From a virus (lineage: Duplodnaviria > Caudoviricetes), in the IMG/VR virus record IMGVR_UViG_3300032163_000049, positions 1 to 38,528 of that record: a DNA stretch of 38,528 bases, one strand, 5' to 3'. This document shows positions 24,255-33,562 of the stretch, one piece after another. The position numbers were made by a program, and so were the translations under genes. The notes under the pieces are model-generated. The model saw only the letters and a program-made list of their open reading frames with translations, did no database searches and was not told the origin of the DNA. Position 1 is the stretch's first letter. Each line of letters starts with the position of its first letter.

Positions 24255-24716
24255 TTGATCAGCGAGCAGCTAATCGAGGAAATCCTAGCTCAGAAGAGCA
24301 CTCCTCGCACCAGTCCGCTATTCGTATTGCCAGCCGATGATCAAAAAGGATTGCTGAACGAAAATCCATCGAACTCTTCCCGATCCCGAATGTATGTGAG
24401 AAGCAAATTTGGAAATGGCCTAGAAACGGGTTGCCTCCAATCGTTGAAGTACTCAAGAAACAGAGTCAAGAAAGCAGTACAACTCTTGCGAAAGAAACAC
24501 TACTTAGTATTGCCGCTTGATGGAACCTGTAAAGTAATCAATCTGATTGCTGTGAGTCCTGACTCGCAAAGACTTGTCATACAAGTCAAATCAGGGAACG
24601 CGAAGCCGACGCAGCAGGAACGAATCGCATTGAAGTTTCTGGCTTCACGATTTCAAGCTAGAGCAGAGGTCTGGACATTCAAGAAGAGACAGCCCCTCAA
24701 AGTTGAGACCCTATGA
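24255..24716 (+). CDS. Second, degenerate Hjc-like PD-(D/E)xK protein
   Basis: LLRKKHYLV...VINLIAV...VIQVKSG...QERIAL; true start uncertain. Confidence 0.65.
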   Translation: MISEQLIEEILAQKSTPRTSPLFVLPADDQKGLLNENPSNSSRSRMYVRSKFGNGLETGCLQSLKYSRNRVKKAVQLLRKKHYLVLPLDGTCKVINLIAVSPDSQRLVIQVKSGNAKPTQQERIALKFLASRFQARAEVWTFKKRQPLKVETL

Positions 24717-25219
24717 CGATGACTGTACCAATGGCCCGCTGTTTCATCTGTGGGCGAGTTGAGAACGATTTCAAAACTAAGGGGCTTTGGGTTGCTGGGA
24801 AATGGCATTGTCCTAACTGCGTGAAGCGGCTTGCAAATCGGCGGGAGAATCTCTGGGCCTATCGGTCAGAATGTTACACTTGTGAGTTCTACCGTATGAA
24901 TATGTATGGCGGCCTCAGCTTACCTGATGAGCCTGAAAACCCACGCTATATCTGTCTCAAATTCGAAGCCAAACAGAATTGCATTTACGATGAGCCTGAA
25001 CCGCCTAAGCCTCAATCATCCATGCCCACTCAACCAACTGGCACACCGCCAGCGCTTCCAGTTCTGAAACAGGAAACGAAACCGACCACGCCTGAGTCGC
25101 TGCCACCGAAGCCGCAACCTATCAGTTTGCTTGGAGCTGTCTCAAATCTTCCCGCTCGACCTCATGCTGAAAGCCCAGCTCTGAAACGGAAGCCACCGCC
25201 CAGAAGGCAAAGGCGCTAA
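24713..25219 (+). CDS. Cys-rich Zn-finger protein with Pro-rich tail
   Basis: CFIC, CPNC, CYTC. Confidence 0.6.
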   Translation: MTMTVPMARCFICGRVENDFKTKGLWVAGKWHCPNCVKRLANRRENLWAYRSECYTCEFYRMNMYGGLSLPDEPENPRYICLKFEAKQNCIYDEPEPPKPQSSMPTQPTGTPPALPVLKQETKPTTPESLPPKPQPISLLGAVSNLPARPHAESPALKRKPPPRRQRR

Positions 25220-25246
25220 GACAACTTCGGCTTGAACCAATTTGGG

Positions 25247-25561
25247 CTATTGCATCTTTCGTAGGAAAAGACCGGAGAGCCACTTTGGTTGAACTGAGAG
25301 TCTCACTTCGGATGTCCACTGATAAGCAATCAAGGGATCGTTAGGCATGGTCTTGAACTCTGGTGTTGTTGTCTCTAACCGTAGAAATCGCCGAAGGAAC
25401 TTCGTAAGTCGAATATGACGAACCCAAAACGGTTTCAGTCTAGTGCGAATGTAATCTTCCGTCTGAGAATAGGTCTTGATTGCGGCTTGCCGTGACAGGT
25501 CGTCAACTAACTCAGGCCAACTCATCGCATTATCCTTACCTTTCACAAGTATTCTTGCCAA
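25247..25561 (-). CDS. Hypothetical protein
   Basis: Only sizeable ORF in the gap; opposite strand to its neighbours. Confidence 0.45.
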   Translation of the reverse strand: MARILVKGKDNAMSWPELVDDLSRQAAIKTYSQTEDYIRTRLKPFWVRHIRLTKFLRRFLRLETTTPEFKTMPNDPLIAYQWTSEVRLSVQPKWLSGLFLRKMQ

Positions 25562-25603
25562 TGGATTACCAAATAATGAATCACTCGGTAAGGCTTGCTT
25601 AAT

Positions 25604-25867
25604 ATGAGTTTCTCGGATCGGCGTCGGAAACTCTCAACCCGAGATTATGTAACGCTGAAGCTGGCGAGCGAAAACCACAGCATCAGGGAACTCAGCAAAA
25701 TCTTCAACATACATGAGAACTGGGTTCGCAGGATCCTACGCACCCCGAACCTGCGCTGTCCAATCTGCCATAAATGGAAGTTGCGAGGAAGCATACTCAA
25801 GAGTGAAACAAACCCCGAGTATTTCCTCTGGATTTGCCAAGACTGCATCAAAACGGAATGCGCTTGA
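25604..25867 (+). CDS. HTH + Zn-ribbon protein
   Basis: SIRELSKIFNIHENWVRRIL; CPIC...CQDC. Confidence 0.7.
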   Translation: MSFSDRRRKLSTRDYVTLKLASENHSIRELSKIFNIHENWVRRILRTPNLRCPICHKWKLRGSILKSETNPEYFLWICQDCIKTECA

Positions 25868-25953
25868 CGTTTTCAGCCTAATAATAGTGTAGTTAGGGCA
25901 ACCTCGCTGCTACCTTCGTTCGAAAGAGAGCCCTCTAGAGGATAGGTCAGGCC

Positions 25954-28269
25954 ATGCCGAAGCGTCCGCCGAAGAAATGGTTCGATGAGAAGTATCGTGA
26001 GATAGGTGCGGGTCTGCGTAAGGCTCATCCTGACTGGTCTAAGGACACACTTGCTGAGCGTACTAGGGCTACTGTTGGGAACATTTGGCATAACGTCATG
26101 AGTGCAGGCCAACGGAGAGCCCGAGTCTCCGAAGCTGAACGCAAGAAAGCATTCTATGGGATTCTTCGGAAAGCTGGGCTCGGTAAGACCGCAGCGTACA
26201 ATCTTGCTGTTAGCACAGTGAAAGATTTCGGCGGCTGGACCTCGCAGAATCTGGATTGGGAGCGCGGATACCGGGAAGGCGAACGAAAAGAGGAAGATCG
26301 CCAGAGAGGAATCAAGGTTCAACGTTCAAGACAGGCGCAACTGGACAAGAAGCAGACTCACCAACTTGAACGATACACGAACCCAGACAATCCCGTTCGG
26401 ATTGAGCAGCGTAGAGAAAGACGATCTGGACTAGGCTATCGTGCTGGGGAACGAAAAGAGCAGCATCAAGAACCTGGGACAGTTGTAGCAAGCGTGGCCC
26501 GGGGCAAGGACCATCTCGGCCCCTTAGCTGACCCTGAGTTTCACGGCGAACCATTCTACGCCGACGCAGAGGAAGAGCCAACATACGTTGACTTGGGCGA
26601 TGTGGTTGAAGGCAAAGGTGAAGTTCACCCTGAAATGGCGAAAGTGCAAGACCACCCAGGCCAATCATGCGACGACGCTCACACAGGAATGAGCCACGAG
26701 CATTTCATGGCTCATCAAAGCCAGAAACAATTCTACGGGCGCGGCCCGGTTGTTCTGCCGCTGAAGATCAAACGATACTCACTCTTCATGCCCTTCGAAG
26801 TCAAAGTTGCCACAAAATCATTCGGCGAAGTCAAAGCAGGCGATCTCCTGGTTGAAGGTTTCGTAAGCGCACCAATCAAAGACCTACAGGGCGATGTGCT
26901 GGAAACCCCAGCTCTCGTTGAAGCTAAAGAGGCGATGGTTCGAGCCCCACACAACCTCATTTGGTTAGATCATGAGTCACCGTATGCGAAGCCGATTGAG
27001 AATCAGGGCACGCCTCCGATTGGAAAATTCATTGAATCCAAGATTCTGAAGATCGGCGGATTGCCCGCCCTCTGGGCTCGGTGGCTTGTCAATAAAGCTC
27101 ATCCGAACTTCAAGCAGGTCGCTTACGAGCTGAAGAACGGATTCTACAACGCCATGAGCATGGAGTTCGTGCCCATTCGTCAATCGCAGAAATGGATAGG
27201 CACGAAACTCGTCAATGCGATTTCCAGCATCAAATATTTTGCGACTAGCCTGGTGCGAGCGCCAGCGAATGAAGTCGCAACCATAACCCGAGTCTACGAG
27301 AAGGCGTTCGCAAATTCTTCACGGTTCTTGCCCATTCGTGTGAAGAGCACGCTTGGGTTTGGACAAACCGTAATAACAAAAGGAGAAAATGGAAAATTGC
27401 CAAAAAGAAAGGAAGCGGAACCCGAAAACGAACCAGAACCAGAACTTGAACCAGAACTAGAGCCAGAACTCGAACCTGAACTAGAGCCCGTACCTGAACC
27501 GGGACGCGCAGCCATCAAAGAAGCGGAGCCTGAACCTGAGAGCGATTCGGACGATGGAGATGGCGACGATGATGACGATGACGAGACACCAGAATTTCCC
27601 TACTCGCGTAAGGACTACGACCGGGAAACCGGCTACGTGGCGCCCGAGAGGGCTACAACCGCGATAGGTGAATGGGGAGATCCCGCCCTCGAGAAAGGTC
27701 GCGCCGCTATCAAACGCATCGAACGCATCGAGAAGTATCTCAGCGGTAGCAGCAGAGCCCTCAACAAAGGCATGAACACTCTGTACGGCAACGAGCTTTA
27801 TCTACGGTCCCAAGGTCAACGGCACACTGCATTCTTGAAAGCCATCGCGAAAGCGGTAGGCGTCGAGACGAAAGGAATTGACGAGGACACCCCTGAGACA
27901 TTGGGTGTCTACGAAGATTTCGCCACGATAACCGATGAGCAGAAGCCGCCTGAAGTCAAGCCGGGCAAATTGAAGCCACGCCCGCAACGTTTCATCAGCA
28001 CCTTCCCAACAGACGACGAGGACACTGAAGAAGCAGACGACCAAGAAGTCGGCGGAGAACCCGTCGGCGTCAAAGGCCTACAACGCTACGTCAAAGGACT
28101 TGTCAGGAAAGTTGTTGACGAAACTGTTCAGAAGAAGATCGTTGTCCGGAAAGGTTACGCGGAACACGCTGGACCTGTGCCGGAGAGCGTTCGCAGAATG
28201 CAAGCCATCCAACAGGACGACGGCAGCCTAGACTCGCAGCTCGCAGTCATTGAAGCAGGAGGTCAATAG
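25954..28269 (+). CDS. HK97-type prohead protease with long N-terminal extension and C-terminal scaffold region
   Basis: LVEGFVS...DLQGD...WLDH...PIGK...NAMSMEF...SLVRAPAN; directly upstream of MCP. Confidence 0.88.
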   Translation: MPKRPPKKWFDEKYREIGAGLRKAHPDWSKDTLAERTRATVGNIWHNVMSAGQRRARVSEAERKKAFYGILRKAGLGKTAAYNLAVSTVKDFGGWTSQNLDWERGYREGERKEEDRQRGIKVQRSRQAQLDKKQTHQLERYTNPDNPVRIEQRRERRSGLGYRAGERKEQHQEPGTVVASVARGKDHLGPLADPEFHGEPFYADAEEEPTYVDLGDVVEGKGEVHPEMAKVQDHPGQSCDDAHTGMSHEHFMAHQSQKQFYGRGPVVLPLKIKRYSLFMPFEVKVATKSFGEVKAGDLLVEGFVSAPIKDLQGDVLETPALVEAKEAMVRAPHNLIWLDHESPYAKPIENQGTPPIGKFIESKILKIGGLPALWARWLVNKAHPNFKQVAYELKNGFYNAMSMEFVPIRQSQKWIGTKLVNAISSIKYFATSLVRAPANEVATITRVYEKAFANSSRFLPIRVKSTLGFGQTVITKGENGKLPKRKEAEPENEPEPELEPELEPELEPELEPVPEPGRAAIKEAEPEPESDSDDGDGDDDDDDETPEFPYSRKDYDRETGYVAPERATTAIGEWGDPALEKGRAAIKRIERIEKYLSGSSRALNKGMNTLYGNELYLRSQGQRHTAFLKAIAKAVGVETKGIDEDTPETLGVYEDFATITDEQKPPEVKPGKLKPRPQRFISTFPTDDEDTEEADDQEVGGEPVGVKGLQRYVKGLVRKVVDETVQKKIVVRKGYAEHAGPVPESVRRMQAIQQDDGSLDSQLAVIEAGGQ
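27436..27483 (+). repeat. Four 12-bp units encoding EPEL, followed by an Asp-rich tract
   Basis: GARCCWGAACTN x4 with synonymous variation. Confidence 0.9.
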
Positions 28270-28271
28270 AA

Positions 28272-29531
28272 ATGAGCCACCTGAAATTAGTTGACCCCGA
28301 ACAAGGCAGAGCTACAGGAGCAGGCGGAGGAGAAGCTGCTCGACCATACTACTCCACAGTGGACAGAGCACTTCTAACACCGCCCGTTCAAGGAGGAACA
28401 CCCGCAGGTATCCTTGCTGGCCTAGTTGGATTAGCAGCCTTCCCTGAAGGCACCGTAATCTACGAAGGCTTGAAGGATAACGGGGAACTCGGCCTAGACC
28501 ACCGCCAAATGTACCTCGGCTGGATTCGCAAGAAGATGCGTCTACGCAGCCTACGCACCAAAGGCTACTTGGACTCAACCAGCGCCATCGTTCACACCAC
28601 AACCGACCAAGAGATCATAGATACCACACGCCGAGAAACACCACTCTTAGAGCTCATCGCCCAAGAAACCGCCCGAGGCAAAGTCGCCAACTACGATGTA
28701 CTAACCGCCAGAGCATCGGCTTTTGGTGTGAGTGAAACAACCGCAGCCAAGACGCCGGGTAGCGACACCTATGTGAACGCCTCAAAACCCGTCAACATTT
28801 TCACAGCATGGGGTGGATGGACTGACTTGGGCTTAGCTACAATGGCAAGCCAGTACCCAACCCGTGACGCGAGAGCCATCGAAATCCGCAACAAGACATG
28901 GAGCCTCAACGAAACTGATGAGAACGAAATCCTCAACGGAGGAACTACACTTGAATCAGCTTTCAACTCAGGCGGAGACAACTTAGGATTCATTGGCATA
29001 AGAGCTGAAATCATCGGCTCATCCGGAACCTACGCACAGCTACAGTCAAACCTGAACGGCGCAGATGCCTCAGACACTGACATAGACAACATGATCGCGC
29101 AAATGGTCCTGTTGAACGTCAAACCCAACTTGGCCGTCACGGACTTGATGACATGGCAGAAGATCAAGCAGCTAATGATGTCCATTGTCCGGTACGCGAA
29201 CCCTGAGACTGAGATCGCTTGGGGTCTCAAAGCACTCGCATGGGCTACGCCTTACGGTGTCATGCCGTTCATAGGCAGCAAGTTCATGCCCGCCACAGCA
29301 GGCAGCCGAGAAATCATCTTCCTCGACACCAAGTTCCTCGCGCAAAGGCTACTCTTGGACAGCACGATGGAGATGCTTGCGAAAGTCAGCATACAGCAAC
29401 CCTTCGTCATCAAACGATTCTTCAACTCCATAGACAAGACAGACTCGAAGCCACCCAGCTACGTCTACAACACAAACCCGACCTCAACGGACGCCACGTC
29501 GAAGATGGGCCGCATCTACAACTTATCATAG
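28272..29531 (+). CDS. Major capsid protein (HK97 fold)
   Basis: Position after protease/scaffold; RRETPLLELI, ENEILNG, FIGIR, TPYGVMPFIGSKFMP, IIFLDT. Confidence 0.88.
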   Translation: MSHLKLVDPEQGRATGAGGGEAARPYYSTVDRALLTPPVQGGTPAGILAGLVGLAAFPEGTVIYEGLKDNGELGLDHRQMYLGWIRKKMRLRSLRTKGYLDSTSAIVHTTTDQEIIDTTRRETPLLELIAQETARGKVANYDVLTARASAFGVSETTAAKTPGSDTYVNASKPVNIFTAWGGWTDLGLATMASQYPTRDARAIEIRNKTWSLNETDENEILNGGTTLESAFNSGGDNLGFIGIRAEIIGSSGTYAQLQSNLNGADASDTDIDNMIAQMVLLNVKPNLAVTDLMTWQKIKQLMMSIVRYANPETEIAWGLKALAWATPYGVMPFIGSKFMPATAGSREIIFLDTKFLAQRLLLDSTMEMLAKVSIQQPFVIKRFFNSIDKTDSKPPSYVYNTNPTSTDATSKMGRIYNLS

Positions 29532-29545
29532 GAGCTGAACTGTAG

Positions 29546-30049
29546 ATGCCCGGCTTTGTTCGTGGAGCCCGATTCTTCATCCATGCATTCGCCTGCCTGT
29601 TCTTCACAGGCACATGGGCAGCAACACTAGCCTCATACGTAGCCTTCATGCGAAAGACCGCCGCAGCCCAAACCTCAACAGTCGTCATACCTCTTGAAGT
29701 GCAAAGCAGGATTCGCCCAGGTTCCAAACTGAAAGTGAACCGGATACGATTCTACTACACCGTTGGAACCGCAGCCCTATCGTCAGCCATTGTTTTCCGA
29801 CTTAGAGTAGGAACATTGCCTGCCGATGGAACCGCTGTGTCAAGCGCAGCAGTCGCATCAACAAAGGACATCTCTGACGCCACAAGTCTCGCCCTTGGAG
29901 ATCACACATGCATAGTGACGCCCAGCGTAGACGTTTACATTCAAGACGGACAGTGGATTCATCTGGAAGTAGATTTCCCCGCAGCCGCCACAACAGTTCT
30001 GGATTTCAAAGGCGCTCTGGTCGAGTACACCGAGCCACCGCAATACTAG
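29546..30049 (+). CDS. Putative virion structural (decoration-like) beta-protein
   Basis: Directly after MCP; beta-rich, Ala/Thr/Val-rich. Confidence 0.5.
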   Translation: MPGFVRGARFFIHAFACLFFTGTWAATLASYVAFMRKTAAAQTSTVVIPLEVQSRIRPGSKLKVNRIRFYYTVGTAALSSAIVFRLRVGTLPADGTAVSSAAVASTKDISDATSLALGDHTCIVTPSVDVYIQDGQWIHLEVDFPAAATTVLDFKGALVEYTEPPQY

Positions 30050-30076
30050 GCTCAGTAAATCATTCCCCGCTTTCTT

Positions 30077-30096
30077 CCCGAAACTATCGGGGCTTT
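30077..30096 (+). terminator. Short hairpin after the capsid genes
   Basis: CCCGA-AACTA-TCGGG then GCTTT; preceded by a pyrimidine run. Confidence 0.3.
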
Positions 30097-30132
30097 ACGC
30101 CCAACAAAGTAAGTAAGTAGGTAGATGAGAAG

Positions 30133-30612
30133 ATGCCAAAGAGTCTGATCGTGAGATCACGTAGCGAAGCATGTGTAGACAGTGGAAAAGGGTTCGTCTG
30201 CGCGACAGGGCCGAAGGCGGTCGCAACCGGCAACAACTATCTCTTCTTCATGGCGTCGGGCAGCACGAAGGTCATTCGCGTCACGAAGATCATCGTTTCT
30301 TGCGATGCGACAATGAGGGCAAGGATCACCCAAGCGCCTACAGTCTCAGCCAACGGGACAAGTCTAACCATGAAGAATAGGCGCATGGGCAAGGGCCAAA
30401 GTCCTGAAGCAGCTTGCTACACAGGCCCGACAGTCACAGCCGAAGGCGATGGTGTCTATGATCATTGGCTCGGAGCAGGAACCACAGTCATCTTGGATAT
30501 GAGCGGTTCTCCTTGGACGGTTGATCCAGGAAACAGCTTGCTCGTGAACATGGTCGCAGGCGGATCAAACAATGCCTCAGTGACTTTCGAATGGGACGAA
30601 GAGCTTCGCTGA
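30133..30612 (+). CDS. Putative virion structural beta-sandwich protein
   Basis: Beta-rich, ends VTFEWDEE; located in the head module. Confidence 0.5.
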   Translation: MPKSLIVRSRSEACVDSGKGFVCATGPKAVATGNNYLFFMASGSTKVIRVTKIIVSCDATMRARITQAPTVSANGTSLTMKNRRMGKGQSPEAACYTGPTVTAEGDGVYDHWLGAGTTVILDMSGSPWTVDPGNSLLVNMVAGGSNNASVTFEWDEELR

Positions 30613-30667
30613 AAGACTGAAATACGATCACGTACCACTCCGTTACTGGTAGGAGGTCGCTCAGGGA

Positions 30668-33562
30668 ATGAGGCGAATGAAGTTAATCGGGATCCTAGCC
30701 CTGATGCTGATTGTTCTAGCTTCAAGTTTCAATTCAGCGGAGGCCGCTCTTCCAAGTTCGACGTCGAACTCGTTCCTTTCGAATGCTGCCACAACTGCTG
30801 TCGCGAATCTGTGGGATTCGAGCAGAGGCGCTTTCAAAGCCTCGCCTCTCACTGAGCCGTACAATTATTGGGTTGACGATCAAGGCAAGATGCTTGAGCT
30901 TCTCGCTGCAAGTCCCTCCCATTGGAGCTATGCCTCTTCTGTTCGCTCATTCATCTCAAATCATGTTACGAGCTCGGGAAGCGCGATCAGGCGAGACGTC
31001 ATTCAGAAGCCCACGATCGAGAGCCCGAATCCGCTTTCCTTTGCGGTTCAGAATCGCCTCATAGAAGCCTATGGAGATCTCAGCAAGGCCAAGGATCGCA
31101 GTTTCAGGATCCTCTATCTCCCGCAAGGAACTATGATGACGGCCATTCAGGGTCATGTGGTTTGGAACGGCACAGCAGACCTAGACTTGAGCTATGTCTA
31201 TCCTCCCACTGACTACACTGTGACGTCGGGAACAAGCGGCGGCCTCGAATATGCTCGACTGACTCAGATCTGGGATCTCACAGGATTCAGGATGACGATA
31301 GAGTACACGTTCTGGGAGCATCGCGCATACCTCGAAGTCGGATACACCTTCTATGCGAAGTCAGCCATGAGCGACGTGAAAGTTGCCGTTCCACTTGATC
31401 AGCTCGATTGGTTCGGCTCCACAATGTTCACGGGAGGGCCGCATTTAGGCTATCAATGGGTTTGGATGCCCGGCTATGCAGATCAGGAGAGCAACGACAC
31501 AGCGAATCAGCACTTTCTTCCGAATGCCGCTCAATGGAATGCGACATGGTTCATGGTTCACATGCACGACAAGCCTGACGGGGTGAGCTCGAGCCTCGCA
31601 ATCGTGGCGGATTGGGGAGTCAACAAGACTGCTCTCGGAGCCGTAGATAACGCGCTCACAGGATCCCCGCTGCCGCCTCTGCGAAACTCTCCGAACCTTC
31701 ATTGGCTCAAACAGTACGCCTTCCTCGGAGCGATGACGCTTGGGCAGACGAAGACTTTCAGCTTGAAATACTATTTCTTGGACGCGCATGACTGGACGAA
31801 TCTCTCCCCGACATACAGGGAGATCTTCAATCTGTGGGATCTAGCTGACAAGGATCCAAGTCAGGTGTATCAGTATGGAGCTCTCGTCTATGGCCTCGCG
31901 AAAATGTATCAGGCCACAGGCGATTCGAGCTATGTCACCTTGGCTGTGAAGATCTGGGCAAACTGGGATCGAATGTTCCGAAGTGCTGGCACATATCCCC
32001 ATGTCGCAGGAACCTACCTCCAGAGTCTCCCCTTCATGCTTCGCGGAGAGCTCCTTCTCTTTTCCTTGTCAAGCGACCCCGGATTTCAAGGCCAAATGAA
32101 TCAGGCGATAACTCGTGCTCTGGACAAGCTGCTTGAGACGCAGCAGCTCAACCCTTCGATGCCCAACTATGGAGGCTTCCAAGAATGGCGCTGGTACAAT
32201 GAGACGTCGGGAATTCAGTATTGGGGAAACAGCTATCTCGACTTCACCGCTCCCGCGATTCGGGCGCTCGCAGATTACTACAACGCACGAGGAAACTCGA
32301 CAGTTCTCTCTCGAATCACGACTGCGACAAATCACTTCAAGGTCGCGGATGGAACAAGCAACTATCAATATGTGGAATGGGATCCCATCACTCAATCGGA
32401 GCGATACCACATCATCCCCGCCGGGATCATCGTGGGCGGCCAGAATACGACCGCCACAATCTACGATTGGGCTTGGCCGTCCTACAAGTCTGCGATGATA
32501 GCTCAAGCCTACGCGAGCACTCTTGATAGTCTCGGATACAGTCAGCCGATTGCTCTGCGAGCGATCTCTCAGCTTTGGTGGAAAGCCACTCTGAATTCGA
32601 CGCGAACCGTCGTCTACATCTTCCCTGACAAGTATGAGACGAACAGTGAAACGGAGCCTTGGGGAGCTATCGGTTGGAAGGAATGGATGGATGCAGCGAC
32701 CGCTCTCACAGGATCCGCGCAGATGGCTCCTGCCGCGATTCTCTCAAGCCTTCGCGTCAACATGACCGCGATATCATGGGGCGCGAGCATTTTCAGCGTT
32801 CAGATGTCAGTCGCGTCAGGAGAGACGATTAAGGTCTCAGTGGCAAGCGGGAAAGAGATCTCGGGAGTCTATGTCGCAGGAGCATCAAGCTATTCATACT
32901 CGTGGGATTCATCTCGAAAGGTCGCAGACGTCTCAATCGCGGTGCCTTCCACAGACACGTACACGCTTCAAGTCTGCTATCCGACCAACTACGATTTCCA
33001 TCTCGAGTATCCATACTTCAGGATCACATGGACAGGTTCGGGAGGCACGAAGAACTTCACGGGCTTCATGGTTGCGAATGAGCGCCTCGGAATCGTGAAC
33101 TCTTCAAGGACAGGATACAATCTCGGCTGGACACATCCCTCATGGTGGATCTTCCTCAATGATACAGCATCAGGCGAGAATGAGATCTGGGCTGTCTACA
33201 ACAAGCCTCTCGGATGGGTCTTATCGAATAGCCCTATGCCTAGAAGCATCTACGGTCAGCAGAGCTTGATGGGCAACTTCACTCTCAACGGGATCCTGCA
33301 TGTGAAAGCTGATTCAGGCGTCTTCGGTTACGGCCCGAGAATGGCGCAGATCAACGGTCTCACAGCGCCCTACGGAAACGGGACATGGACTGGATACCGA
33401 TATGATCTGACGGTTCAACCGATCCCGGGCTACGCATACGGGCAGATCTACATCACCTGGGAGCAAGCTGGCCCTGGCACAGCCACGATGATCATGATCG
33501 CAATCATCTCGGTGACTGCTGGCGGAGTGGTCTATGTTGCGAGGAAGAGGATTAAGAAATGA
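30668..33562 (+). CDS. Large secreted, membrane-anchored surface glycoprotein with possible (alpha/alpha)-barrel glycoside hydrolase-like domain
   Basis: Signal peptide (MRRMK-hydrophobic-AEA), C-terminal TM + basic tail, about 15 N-x-S/T sequons counted by eye, YWVDDQG motif. Confidence 0.75.
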   Translation: MRRMKLIGILALMLIVLASSFNSAEAALPSSTSNSFLSNAATTAVANLWDSSRGAFKASPLTEPYNYWVDDQGKMLELLAASPSHWSYASSVRSFISNHVTSSGSAIRRDVIQKPTIESPNPLSFAVQNRLIEAYGDLSKAKDRSFRILYLPQGTMMTAIQGHVVWNGTADLDLSYVYPPTDYTVTSGTSGGLEYARLTQIWDLTGFRMTIEYTFWEHRAYLEVGYTFYAKSAMSDVKVAVPLDQLDWFGSTMFTGGPHLGYQWVWMPGYADQESNDTANQHFLPNAAQWNATWFMVHMHDKPDGVSSSLAIVADWGVNKTALGAVDNALTGSPLPPLRNSPNLHWLKQYAFLGAMTLGQTKTFSLKYYFLDAHDWTNLSPTYREIFNLWDLADKDPSQVYQYGALVYGLAKMYQATGDSSYVTLAVKIWANWDRMFRSAGTYPHVAGTYLQSLPFMLRGELLLFSLSSDPGFQGQMNQAITRALDKLLETQQLNPSMPNYGGFQEWRWYNETSGIQYWGNSYLDFTAPAIRALADYYNARGNSTVLSRITTATNHFKVADGTSNYQYVEWDPITQSERYHIIPAGIIVGGQNTTATIYDWAWPSYKSAMIAQAYASTLDSLGYSQPIALRAISQLWWKATLNSTRTVVYIFPDKYETNSETEPWGAIGWKEWMDAATALTGSAQMAPAAILSSLRVNMTAISWGASIFSVQMSVASGETIKVSVASGKEISGVYVAGASSYSYSWDSSRKVADVSIAVPSTDTYTLQVCYPTNYDFHLEYPYFRITWTGSGGTKNFTGFMVANERLGIVNSSRTGYNLGWTHPSWWIFLNDTASGENEIWAVYNKPLGWVLSNSPMPRSIYGQQSLMGNFTLNGILHVKADSGVFGYGPRMAQINGLTAPYGNGTWTGYRYDLTVQPIPGYAYGQIYITWEQAGPGTATMIMIAIISVTAGGVVYVARKRIKK

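Noticed and set aside
30668-33562. Apparent excess of GATC as evidence for the MTase target
   Set aside because: Not counted genome-wide and explainable by frequent ATC/GAT codons; needs a codon-controlled count and methylome data.
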